21,113 bases of DNA from positions 1 through 21,113 of the forward strand of contig CAZUFC010000133.1 of assembly GCA_964619725.1 (NCBI GenBank), given 5' to 3'. The notes beneath the pieces are model-generated. The model searched no databases and was not told the origin of the DNA. It saw only the letters and a list, made by a program, of their open reading frames with translations. This DNA comes from an uncultured bacterium. Lineage in GTDB: Bacteria > CSSED10-310 > CAZUFC01. Positions 1-8,333 of this stretch are shown one piece after another; position 1 is the stretch's first letter, and the number at the start of each line of letters is the position of its first letter. The translations under genes were made by a program, and so were the position numbers.

Positions 1-89
1 CGCACAAGTTTGTAGAGCGTTGACCTTGGGATTTTCAGATAGGCGGACAGCTCTTGAATAGTCAGGACACCGCCCGGTTTTTCATCCAT
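1..89 (-). CDS. Excisionase-like helix-turn-helix DNA-binding protein (HTH_17 family), 3' end runs out of the window
   Basis: Not in the ORF track. Manual translation from ATG at 89 gives MDEKPGGVLTIQELSAYLKIPRSTLYKLVR, matching the LT..E.A.YL.I...TLY.L pattern of excisionase-family HTH proteins; GAGGTG RBS just upstream. Confidence 0.85.
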   Translation of the reverse strand, partial: MDEKPGGVLTIQELSAYLKIPRSTLYKLV

Positions 90-149
90 GGGCTACACCT
101 CGCTGGCTGCAAAACGGTTTTCGCCTTGAATAACTCATACTGAAAATAT

Positions 150-178
150 AGTTTATAGTTGTTGCCAGTTATTGTCAA
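150..178 (-). promoter_or_regulatory. Candidate sigma70 promoter for the HTH gene
   Basis: Minus strand TTGACA (178-173), 17-nt spacer, TAAACT (155-150). Confidence 0.55.
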
Positions 179-330
179 ACGTTTTTTCGGGATCGGCAGT
201 GGTCCTGTTCTCTATGATAATTTCAGCGCTGGACGGGCGCTGGAAAGCAGGCTGATACGCCCCAAATCCGATCATACCGACCAAACAAAACTCTATGGAA
301 ATAATAAGGCAAAACAGTACGCACTATGAA

Positions 331-418
331 TCAGTCTTCCAATCCCCTATTACTCCATCCTGCCATCCCCGCATTCCACCAATCCTTCAGTCTATCAACC
401 TTCCAATCCCCCGTTCCT
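331..418. repeat. Degenerate tandem 8-mer array (11 units, approximate consensus YCAnTCCY)
   Basis: tcagtctt ccaatccc ctattact ccatcctg ccatcccc gcattcca ccaatcct tcagtcta tcaacctt ccaatccc ccgttcct; abuts the stop codon at 419. Confidence 0.65.
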
Positions 419-838
419 TCATCTTCTCCGCTCCCACAGAACTTCGATCCGCCTGCCGCTCTCGTACTTTTCAATGGACTCGATCAAGCCGTTCTCATCG
501 TAAAACGCCTTGATTCCATGAGCTTTTCCTTTTCTGAATTCGACGTCGTACAATTTGACTCCATTTTCCCGCCAGTGTGTCCAAACGCCCTCTTCAAACC
601 CCTCAATGTATTCGCCGGCGTACAACTTACTGCCGCTGCGGTACCGCATTATCCACTTACCGGTATATTCGGGAGGCGGATACCGGTAACTTTTTTCCAG
701 ATCAATCCCTGACAAGGCGTATGTCTTTGCCAGGTATCGATATTTCTCCAGATCGACGCCTTCCATTAATAACATGAAAACACCGACTGCGGAAAGAATT
801 GTTATGGCCGATAAAGCTGCATATTTAATTATTTTCAA
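419..838 (-). CDS. Membrane-anchored MORN-variant repeat protein (YwqK-like)
   Basis: N-terminal hydrophobic segment, then repeats GKWIMRYRSG, GVWTHWRENG and GIKAFYDENG typical of MORN-variant repeats; TTG start a few nt after the stop of the upstream gene. Confidence 0.75.
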   Translation of the reverse strand: MKIIKYAALSAITILSAVGVFMLLMEGVDLEKYRYLAKTYALSGIDLEKSYRYPPPEYTGKWIMRYRSGSKLYAGEYIEGFEEGVWTHWRENGVKLYDVEFRKGKAHGIKAFYDENGLIESIEKYESGRRIEVLWERRR

Positions 839-845
839 AAGCCTC

Positions 846-2222
846 TCACTCCTTATGAATCTTAGCGAGCTCTTCTTCAGTAAATCTTGATCCTGTAATC
901 GGTTCAGGCTTCCAGCTCTGCACCGCTCTGTTCAATTTAGGAAGCTTATCTATTATCACCAGAACTTCTTCACCTTCAGCAGTCTCGATGCTTCCTCCCG
1001 ATCTGATTACATTTTCTTTTGCCAGACTCTCGCAATCGGCAATTACTCCCCCAAGATCATAATACGTTCCGCTGAATTTCCTCTTGCCGGTGATACCTTC
1101 TTTATACTTTTCCTGTATCCGCTCGAATCCCAATATCGTGAAAAGCACGCCGGCCGCTGAAGATGCATTGCAATCCGTATCATGACCGCAACGAACAGCC
1201 AGTTTTATCGTCTTCTCAATATCCTTCTCCCCATACAACAACGCCGTAACGACATAAGCGCCGTTTATCTTCGAATCGATATTCTTCTGACTGTTCGGCG
1301 GCTTGCGGCATGAAAAAAGACGGTAATTCGGATTCAAATGATATTTTTCATTAATCAGTCGCCAGGCAGCATCCCAGTCGTCCGGATACTGAGCATGCCA
1401 GGTCATTACATCCGTTATGCATTCATAATACTGACTCTGCCGGGGTATGCACCTCAAACCCGCTCGCACGATCCGCTCAATATTATCCTCAAAAAACGCC
1501 TCCGCATACATTCCGCCCATAAATTGTCCGCCGTAAACGCCGTCTCCGTAATTGATCATGCGACCGAACCGCTCCCCTAATTCAACTACTGATCCGGGCA
1601 TTCCCGGACTGATCAAACCGGTAAAATCCGATTCTATCTGATAATCAATATCGTCAGCGTGCCCGTTATAACGGGGATGACCGCTGTCCGGAGGCGCAAT
1701 CCCCCGGCGCAGATTCTCTCTTGCATTTAAATTAGCATGCCACAACTTATAAGAAGTACGGGCAAATTCTATTCCGATTACCTTGCTGCCGATGTCTAAT
1801 CCATGCTTGCTTAAAGTCTTTAAAAAAGTCAACTCCACGTAAAGATCATCCTGATTGAAAGCCCCCGCAAACATACTCGGATTCCATTCCGGAACCTTAT
1901 CCTCCGGTACCGTCTCACCCCCGTATTCAAATTCCACAGGCATCCCCCACTCAGCGCCTACCATCTGACCTAACCAGCCGCCCATCATCTTGTCCCGGTA
2001 TGCCGGCAAAGACAATCGCCGCTCTGAACCGAACGCCGGCGAACCGGCAATCATCTCGCACAATGCCATCCAAACGATGACGAGAACCCCGAAAGCGCCC
2101 CAGCTTCTATGCTTGCCCTTTTCTATTAATAATTTCCCGTAATCGCTCAAAAATTCCCCCCTCTTCCTGTCTTCCCGGATTATCTCCTTACCCTTGCTTT
2201 TCTCAAACCTTATCATACGCAT
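846..2222 (-). CDS. ADP-ribosylglycohydrolase family protein with N-terminal signal/anchor
   Basis: Motifs GWLGQMVGAEWGMPVEF, QDDLYVE, DDIDYQIESD and GHDTDCNASSAAG (metal-binding Asp clusters of the ARH/DraG fold). Start moved from 2312 to ATG 2222 (GGGAGAGG upstream, removes the overlap with the SGNH gene); exact start uncertain. Confidence 0.85.
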   Translation of the reverse strand: MRMIRFEKSKGKEIIREDRKRGEFLSDYGKLLIEKGKHRSWGAFGVLVIVWMALCEMIAGSPAFGSERRLSLPAYRDKMMGGWLGQMVGAEWGMPVEFEYGGETVPEDKVPEWNPSMFAGAFNQDDLYVELTFLKTLSKHGLDIGSKVIGIEFARTSYKLWHANLNARENLRRGIAPPDSGHPRYNGHADDIDYQIESDFTGLISPGMPGSVVELGERFGRMINYGDGVYGGQFMGGMYAEAFFEDNIERIVRAGLRCIPRQSQYYECITDVMTWHAQYPDDWDAAWRLINEKYHLNPNYRLFSCRKPPNSQKNIDSKINGAYVVTALLYGEKDIEKTIKLAVRCGHDTDCNASSAAGVLFTILGFERIQEKYKEGITGKRKFSGTYYDLGGVIADCESLAKENVIRSGGSIETAEGEEVLVIIDKLPKLNRAVQSWKPEPITGSRFTEEELAKIHKE

Positions 2223-2238
2223 GCCTCTCCCGCTCGAC

Positions 2239-3303
2239 TCACTGCTCCTCCGGCGGCTCAGCCGACAGCTTTCGGGCGATCCGCTCCGGTAATCGCTCAT
2301 ATATCTTTCCATAAAGTATCCTCGCTAATAACCGGTTTCCTTTTTCATTCAAATGCAACGCATTCAACTCGATATCAGATGGGTCCTCGTTATACTCCTC
2401 GAAATCCTCAATTAAATCTATTACCTCTATCCCTCCTACCCTCTCCGCAATATCAAATATCCGCTTGTGATCGTCATACCGCCCATATTCAGCAAACGGA
2501 CGACTCAGTTCAGGCAATATAAAAACAAATCCGCCGAATCCATGTTCCTCCTGCAGTTCCGAGAATAAACGAAAACCCGCTTCCACCGGGCTCCTTCCCT
2601 TCAGATATCTCTCCCTGTATTCCTTCTCTGAATCCAATGCCGCACCGGTTTCCCGGATCAAACTCATCATCCTGTGATATAGCACGAAAAATAACCGGGA
2701 ATTCCTCAATATCAAATTCGTCAATTCCCTCCTCGATCTTACCACCGTCCGGCCCTCATTGATCTCCGCCAACGCCTTCTTTACGCCGCCGTCGCTGTAT
2801 AAATCAAAATCATTCAAACATAATCCCAGTATCACAAAATCCGGCTCGTATTCCAAACCCTTCACCCGTAAAAGTTCTGCTTCCTGTAATGTATGATAGC
2901 CCGCAACACCCATGTTCAATACTTCAAATTCCTCGGAATCACTAACCATCATAAATAACTTCTCCAATTGCTTGGGATAGGTGTGCGCCATATATCGAAT
3001 CCCGCTCCCCGCCGTCGTCGAATCCCCTATGGCGATTATCCTGTACGTCCCATCTGGCTTCTCCTTCTTATATTCATAATCCCTGAATCCCTCGCTGTTT
3101 ATGGCGAATCCCTCCTGACCCGAATTGAATGCAGGATCAGACGGCTTATAATTCGGCCGGTTCTCATAACACAATACCGGGTTCTCCGACAGTCGATAAC
3201 TGGGGACGGGCAACGGAGGCAAAGGCTTCGGCGGAATATCGAGCGCCCGGACGAATATCTCAAGCATTAACAATGATATTAACGCTCCCGCAAAAAAGAA
3301 CAA
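2239..3303 (-). CDS. SGNH/GDSL hydrolase family protein, membrane-anchored
   Basis: Block I IAIGDSTTAG, block II LNMGVAGY, block III CLNDF, block V ALHLNEKG; N-terminal TM helix. True start uncertain. Confidence 0.85.
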   Translation of the reverse strand: MFFFAGALISLLMLEIFVRALDIPPKPLPPLPVPSYRLSENPVLCYENRPNYKPSDPAFNSGQEGFAINSEGFRDYEYKKEKPDGTYRIIAIGDSTTAGSGIRYMAHTYPKQLEKLFMMVSDSEEFEVLNMGVAGYHTLQEAELLRVKGLEYEPDFVILGLCLNDFDLYSDGGVKKALAEINEGRTVVRSRRELTNLILRNSRLFFVLYHRMMSLIRETGAALDSEKEYRERYLKGRSPVEAGFRLFSELQEEHGFGGFVFILPELSRPFAEYGRYDDHKRIFDIAERVGGIEVIDLIEDFEEYNEDPSDIELNALHLNEKGNRLLARILYGKIYERLPERIARKLSAEPPEEQ

Positions 3304-3601
3304 AAATTTTACTACCTGGCCGCGTTTTCTAATGTTTTACCCTTCCTTTTCTCACTTGGTTTCCTGATTATTCCCCTTAATATCACAATACCCGTAAAAA
3401 CCGGCTCAATGACGATCCATACGCCGCCAATAATGACGTTCCAGACTCCTCGAACACCTGAAAAGTCAGAAGCACAGCTCGCTAAAGAATATTAACAAGC
3501 TTCCTCCATATAGTAAACATTTTGTCCTTCAGAAGTCCGGTCCGGCATCCGCCGTCCGACAATCATACCCCTCCATCACGATATTGGAATATGAAAATAA
3601 A

Positions 3602-3819
3602 TATTATATAGTGCCTGTCCATAAACTCGATTCTCGATTCAAAATTTAGTGCTGGACAGTCACTGCGGTTTTTGATCCATAAACGAGCGAATTTTTCTTA
3701 AGACAAGGGTGGTAATGATTTGCAAGGCAGGGGCGGCGCTTATACTTTGACTGAGCAAATCCGAAAACTGACGCAGCACTCGGAAAAATTCGCCGTTTAT
3801 GGACAAAAACTATATAATA
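3602..3819. mobile_element. MITE-like element with nested inverted repeats
   Basis: 25-bp IR tattatatagtgcctgtccataaac (3602-3626) / gtttatggacaaaaactatataata (3795-3819) with 3 mismatches; an internal end copy at 3668-3697 also pairs with 3783-3810; no coding capacity. Confidence 0.65.
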
Positions 3820-4405
3820 AATGAGGCGTCAAATCCGATTATGGACTGAAATTGGAGGTTACATGAAAATATTTCATCGATTTCTGCAGGACCCCGACGA
3901 AAGTTTTTTTCTATTCGGCCCCCGGGGAACGGGTAAATCCACATGGGCAGATTTGGTATACGCGAAGGCCCTGAAAATCGATTTTCTGGCCCCGGATATC
4001 TACCGTTCCTACAGCGCTCGACCGGAACGGCTCCGTGAAGCCGTGAAGGCTAATCCCGATAAACAAACAGTATTCATTGATGAAGTTCAAAAGATACCGG
4101 AAATATTGGAAGTGGTTCACGGCCTGATGGAAGAAAACAGACAATTGCAATTCGTCATGACAGGATCAAGCGCTCGTAAACTCAAGCGTTCCGGCGTTGA
4201 TCTTCTGGCAGGACGAGCGCTTTTACGGACCCTTCATCCGTTTATGGCTTCGGAATTGGGAGATAACTTTGACCTGGAGGACTCACTAAAATTCGGGCTG
4301 CTTCCGGTAGTCGTTCAATCGTCAAAACCTTACGATACGCTTTCAGCCTATATCGCTCTTTATTTAAAGGAAGAAGTTCAACAAGAAGGCATGGTACGTA
4401 ATTTC

Positions 4406-4610
4406 ACATCTCCTGACATTCGCCAATAAAAAATTGTGAAATTTTTGACGAAAAAGCTGCAGACGTTCGAATAAATTCTTGTAAAACAAAGTCCCCCCGC
4501 CTGCGGGGGGATATAGGGGGGGCTAAAAACTTCACAATTATTATGCCGAGTTGCAATGCAAGAAAATAACACTTTTTCAATAGTTTGTGTCATTCTTGTC
4601 AGGAGTTCAG
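4406..4610. mobile_element. 205-bp MITE-like insertion with AATTTC target-site duplication
   Basis: AATTTC at 4400-4405 and 4611-4616; subterminal IR CTCCTGACA (4410-4418) / TGTCAGGAG (4597-4605); internal IR 4432-4446 / 4525-4539. Confidence 0.85.
4488..4523. repeat. REP-like GC hairpin nested in the 205-bp insertion
   Basis: aaag-TCCCCCCGC-ct-GCGGGGGGA-tatagggggggc: perfect 9-bp inverted repeat followed by a G tract. Confidence 0.6.
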
Positions 4611-5275
4611 AATTTCGGCTATTTCAGTCGTTTCCTGGAAGCGGTGAGTTTTTCTCATGCATCTCCTCTCAACATAACCAATATTGCCGGAGAATGTGAA
4701 ATAGGCCGTAAGGCAGCAGAGGGATATATCGGAATACTGGAGGATATCCTTCTCGGTTTTCGATTGCCGGTGTTCAGAAAACGGGCGCAACGGACGATCA
4801 CGAAAACGCCGAAATTCTATCTTTTCGATACAGGAGTTTACCGGGCTTTACGCCCGGCCGGTCCGCTGGATCGCCCTGCGGAAATTGACGGCTGCGCCCT
4901 GGAAGGATTGGTTGCACAACATTTAAGAGCCTGGCTCGCCTATTCCCGAAAAAAATGGGATATGTATTTCTGGAGGACGCCCTCAGGCGTTGAAGTAGAC
5001 TTCATCATATACGGCTCATCCGGTTTCTGGGCCATCGAAGTCAAAAATGCATCAAAAGTACGCCCCGCTGACCTGAAAGCATTAAAATCCTTTAAAAAGG
5101 ACTACCCGGAAGCCGTCGCCCTTCTCTTATACAGAGGTTCGGAACGATTGTTGAAGGATGATATACTCTGCCTGCCTTGTTCAGAATTTCTCAGGCATAT
5201 TTATCCCGACAGGCTGCTTGATGATCATTTCAAAGCATAACCTGCACATTGCTGATGCCTCCTCAAAGTTCCTTA

Positions 5276-5454
5276 GCCCGCATTTCTCATACAAAACCTG
5301 TTATGAGCGTCCATATCCCCGCACCTTCAAGCGCTGCTCCCCGCGGCCTTGCTCAACGTAGCGCTGCTATGTTTCCGCAGTCCTTCAGTCCGCCATGCTT
5401 GAATCTGCGGGAATCTGAACGCTCTCACTACGATTTTGTATGAGAAATCCGGGT
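5276..5454 (-). mobile_element. 179-bp MITE, copy A (inverted relative to B and C)
   Basis: 21-bp TIRs gcccgcatttctcatacaaaa / ttttgtatgagaaatccgggt, TA on both flanks; 3 differences from copy B by manual alignment. Confidence 0.9.
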
Positions 5455-5462
5455 TAGGACCG

Positions 5463-5507
5463 CTATGCCCTCTTCGTCCGCCCTGTCCGCTTCGTCCGCG
5501 TCTCCCG
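5463..5507. repeat. Short degenerate 9-mer tandem array
   Basis: ctatgccct cttcgtccg ccctgtccg cttcgtccg cgtctcccg, between MITE A and the aclA stop. Confidence 0.5.
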
Positions 5508-5546
5508 TTTAAATCCCCGGCGTCGACCTCACTTGTCCTGAATTTC

Positions 5547-8309
5547 TTAAATGACAAAGGATAATTCGCTTTGAGGGGTCCGGCAATCCATATCCTGTCC
5601 TTTTTCCCGGTGATCGATTATTTCAGCAGCCACTCCCACAGACCGGCCAAGCAGAAATAATGTAAAAACCAGGTCCTGAACCTGTTTCATCGAAATTTTG
5701 TTTTTTTTCAGATTATCCCAGATCAACTTTAACGAAAGTGTCGCCAATACGGCATCCACATTGACGCAAAAAACGTTCTTCGTTACCCCCTCATTAAAAA
5801 GTTCTTTCACCAGGCAATGATAGAATTCCAGGAAAATATTGTAGATGCCCCTTCCCTTTAATTCCGAACGGATGAATTCCTCCCGGGGATCGATATTGAC
5901 CTGCTTGCCCTTGAAAACCGGATGCCCTATGCAGGGAATGCGTTTGTAACTGGATCGCAACGATTCCCGGCGCATGCTCTTGTAATCGCGATATTCTTTC
6001 GCAGCCTTATTCGCCAATAAATTCAGGTCAATACTGTCCGTCTCGCATCCAGGATCGGATAAATTGATATCCTTAAATTTCTCCAGAAGATAATCGACCG
6101 CTTCAAATCCGTTTCCCCCATGCGCCAGGCCCGTGTTGGCCATGAATCCCACGAAACACATCGGTATATAATTCCCGGCGCTGACCGATTCCTTCGCCCC
6201 CTTCGCAGAAATAGTCCCGGGCCCGTTGGTCAGAGTCAACCCCAATAAATACTGCAATTCGATCAAGTCCGTTTCATCTGGTTTTCGCCCTAACAGCAGC
6301 TTAAATATGTTTTCAGTGAAACTGGTCCGCAAGTCAGACTTGTCGGAAATCAATTTATTCCAGAATGGATTATTCTTTCGATCATTGACCGAAAACGCGT
6401 TTATCCTGGAAATGACGTAAATATATTGTGCGGCGTTCTCGACTGTTTCCCGGGTCATTCGTTTCTGCATCATCGGTTTCCAGAAAAGGCTCAACGCCAG
6501 ATTGGCGACAAGAAATTCATACAGGTTTTTCACCGTTTTCTTTTTAGTCTCCGCCTTCTTCAAAATATACAGGCAAAATTTTAAGGGACCGCTATCGGCC
6601 GCAAAATTTCTTATTTCCTTCAACATGGATTGACAAACCTCATCCTCCTTTTTCTCCCCCTTTACGAAAAATTTGTCCTCAACAAGTTTATCAAGCGCCC
6701 TGGGATATTTTTCCGTGATTTCATCCACTCCGAATTCACGCATAATGTCGATCAACATACTGATATTATTGCTCACGTTCCTCACAAACTCCGATTGTCC
6801 GATCAACGCAATCCTGGATGAGATATATCCATTAGGCGTGCAACCGTTTGCCCTCGCATCATCAACGGTTTCCATTTCTTTCTCGTCCATTCTCACGAAC
6901 AGATTCAACATCATGTTTACGATCATTTTCCGCTTTTCGTCAGGCAAAACTTTCGCCAGAGAAAAATAGACGTTTTCCTCATAGGAATGAGTCGCCAACT
7001 CAACAACCGTTTTTCCATGCAATTCGGCAATGTGGTTTTTCGGATTGAGTCGTGACACGCTGGATTTGTTCCGCATATTCTGTCTCAAATAGTGTGCGCC
7101 GACCAGTTTATTGATCTCCGTAATCTGCTTGTCGTAAGGTTCAATTGCGTTCACCGTCGGTATATCGAGTTTGTTCGGCAAAGAGATGAAGGTGTCGCTG
7201 AGCCAGCACTTCAGATTCAAATCTCCTGAAGCTTCGAAATCAGGACTTTCATCTATTTTTTCATAAACGCTGCGCATGGCTGCAGGAATATGCTGTATTG
7301 ACGTGACGCGAATTCCCTTTTTACTGACCTTCGGGGCTCCCGGATCAAACGCCTCCATATCGAAATACTCATCGAACCATCTCTCTTTTGTCTCGGCATC
7401 ATCACCGCTTCCCGCCATTGCGCCTGCATGACCGCAAGGCCGCTGCAAATCCTTCTTCCATCGGCCGGTTATGCAAACTACGATAGGTTTGTTGAAACCG
7501 AATCTGCGCTGCTTTATCCAGTCCAGGGCCGTTTTCTCATAATATCCGCCTGGTTCCACGTAAAGAACGACGGCTTTAGTCCGAGGATCATTCTGTGCAG
7601 CGAACAAAAATTCCGGCAAAGCGAAATGAATGAATACGTCCTTGCCTGAACTGACGGCCGTCGTTATTCCAAAACCCGCTGTCCTTAAATACTCCGCTAT
7701 GGTTGTCGTAAAGTTGCCTGAATTGGAATGAATCGCTATCGATCCCTTTTTCAGCGCCTCGTCGGGATTATCCCCACCCAATGCGCCTCCTATCCTTACG
7801 TGATCCCAGACATTGGCTACGCCCAGACAATTGGCGCCGATCACGTCTATCCCCGCTTCCTGACATATCCAGCGTATGTTGTGCGAATCCTTCGTGGAAA
7901 TCTTTTCCGTTACGATTACGATTCGCTTTAATTCCTTATTATAAGAGGCTAATTCCCAGACAGCCTGACTGACCGCCGGAGGAGGAAGATAAATGACCCC
8001 GACATCGAAAAACAACCCTTCTTTCATTACGTCCCGAACGCTTCTGAAAACAGGTATCTTCCCGATTCTGGTTTCCAGTTCGCCGCACCGGCCATACTGA
8101 ACTCCCGCTACTACATTACCTCCGCTGTATTCATGCGATACGGGCGTCACCTTCCGGCTCTCCGTCCCCAATATGTTGATAACGCATACGCGGGACTGTG
8201 ACGTAACCAATTCTTCCAAAGAATACAATCCTACATAATATGGAAAAGGCTTCGGAGCCGTTTCTCTTATCTGCTCCAGCTTTTTAGCCTTCGATATGTT
8301 TAAACTCAT
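5547..8309 (-). CDS. aclA: ATP citrate lyase alpha subunit, long (type II-like) form: CoA-binding + CoA-ligase + citryl-CoA lyase domains
   Basis: SucD-like N-terminal half (VIGANCLG, SNSGNFTT, VEPGG, phospho-His motif CGHAGA); citrate-synthase-like C-terminus (NGPGTISAKGAK, AHGGNG, IPCIGHPVFK, VNVDA, GRSVGVAAEIIDH); directly downstream of the beta subunit. Confidence 0.85.
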   Translation of the reverse strand: MSLNISKAKKLEQIRETAPKPFPYYVGLYSLEELVTSQSRVCVINILGTESRKVTPVSHEYSGGNVVAGVQYGRCGELETRIGKIPVFRSVRDVMKEGLFFDVGVIYLPPPAVSQAVWELASYNKELKRIVIVTEKISTKDSHNIRWICQEAGIDVIGANCLGVANVWDHVRIGGALGGDNPDEALKKGSIAIHSNSGNFTTTIAEYLRTAGFGITTAVSSGKDVFIHFALPEFLFAAQNDPRTKAVVLYVEPGGYYEKTALDWIKQRRFGFNKPIVVCITGRWKKDLQRPCGHAGAMAGSGDDAETKERWFDEYFDMEAFDPGAPKVSKKGIRVTSIQHIPAAMRSVYEKIDESPDFEASGDLNLKCWLSDTFISLPNKLDIPTVNAIEPYDKQITEINKLVGAHYLRQNMRNKSSVSRLNPKNHIAELHGKTVVELATHSYEENVYFSLAKVLPDEKRKMIVNMMLNLFVRMDEKEMETVDDARANGCTPNGYISSRIALIGQSEFVRNVSNNISMLIDIMREFGVDEITEKYPRALDKLVEDKFFVKGEKKEDEVCQSMLKEIRNFAADSGPLKFCLYILKKAETKKKTVKNLYEFLVANLALSLFWKPMMQKRMTRETVENAAQYIYVISRINAFSVNDRKNNPFWNKLISDKSDLRTSFTENIFKLLLGRKPDETDLIELQYLLGLTLTNGPGTISAKGAKESVSAGNYIPMCFVGFMANTGLAHGGNGFEAVDYLLEKFKDINLSDPGCETDSIDLNLLANKAAKEYRDYKSMRRESLRSSYKRIPCIGHPVFKGKQVNIDPREEFIRSELKGRGIYNIFLEFYHCLVKELFNEGVTKNVFCVNVDAVLATLSLKLIWDNLKKNKISMKQVQDLVFTLFLLGRSVGVAAEIIDHREKGQDMDCRTPQSELSFVI

Positions 8310-8333
8310 TTTTCACCTCTCTGTTCCAGCCGT

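Larger units (their letters stand above)
3863..5240 (+). pseudogene. AAA_14 + DUF4143 ATP-binding protein interrupted by an insertion
   Basis: GGAGGT RBS and ATG 3863; Walker A GPRGTGKS, Walker B VFIDEVQK, TGSSAR, LLAGRA; C-terminal part with KFYLFDTG, EVDF and AIEVK. Deleting 4400-4610 restores a continuous 388-aa frame (..EGMVRNFGYFSRFLE..). Confidence 0.9.

Noticed and set aside
1606..1621. ggactgatcaaaccgg identical to part of the 43-bp repeat (14707-14722)
   Set aside because: It lies within ARH coding sequence (TGLISP) and does not extend; probably coincidence.
2223..2312. Upstream start of the ARH gene at 2312
   Set aside because: It overlaps the SGNH gene by 74 nt and adds a low-complexity Ser/Arg leader.
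3821..3862. Longer N-terminus MRRQIRLWTEIGGY for the ATPase
   Set aside because: GGAGGT precedes ATG 3863 and the family-like sequence starts there.
4434..4451. TTGTGAA half-site resembling a Rex operator
   Set aside because: The right half is degenerate and the sequence is better explained as an arm of the element's internal IR.
4406..4610. Insertion as a self-splicing intron or intein
   Set aside because: It has a target duplication and inverted ends, contains stops, and shows no group I/II core motifs that I can recognise.
5249..5557. Short ORFs 5249-5443 (+) and 5327-5557 (-), and likewise the 3' part of 12111-12479 (+)
   Set aside because: They run through the 179-bp MITE and have no recognisable protein features.
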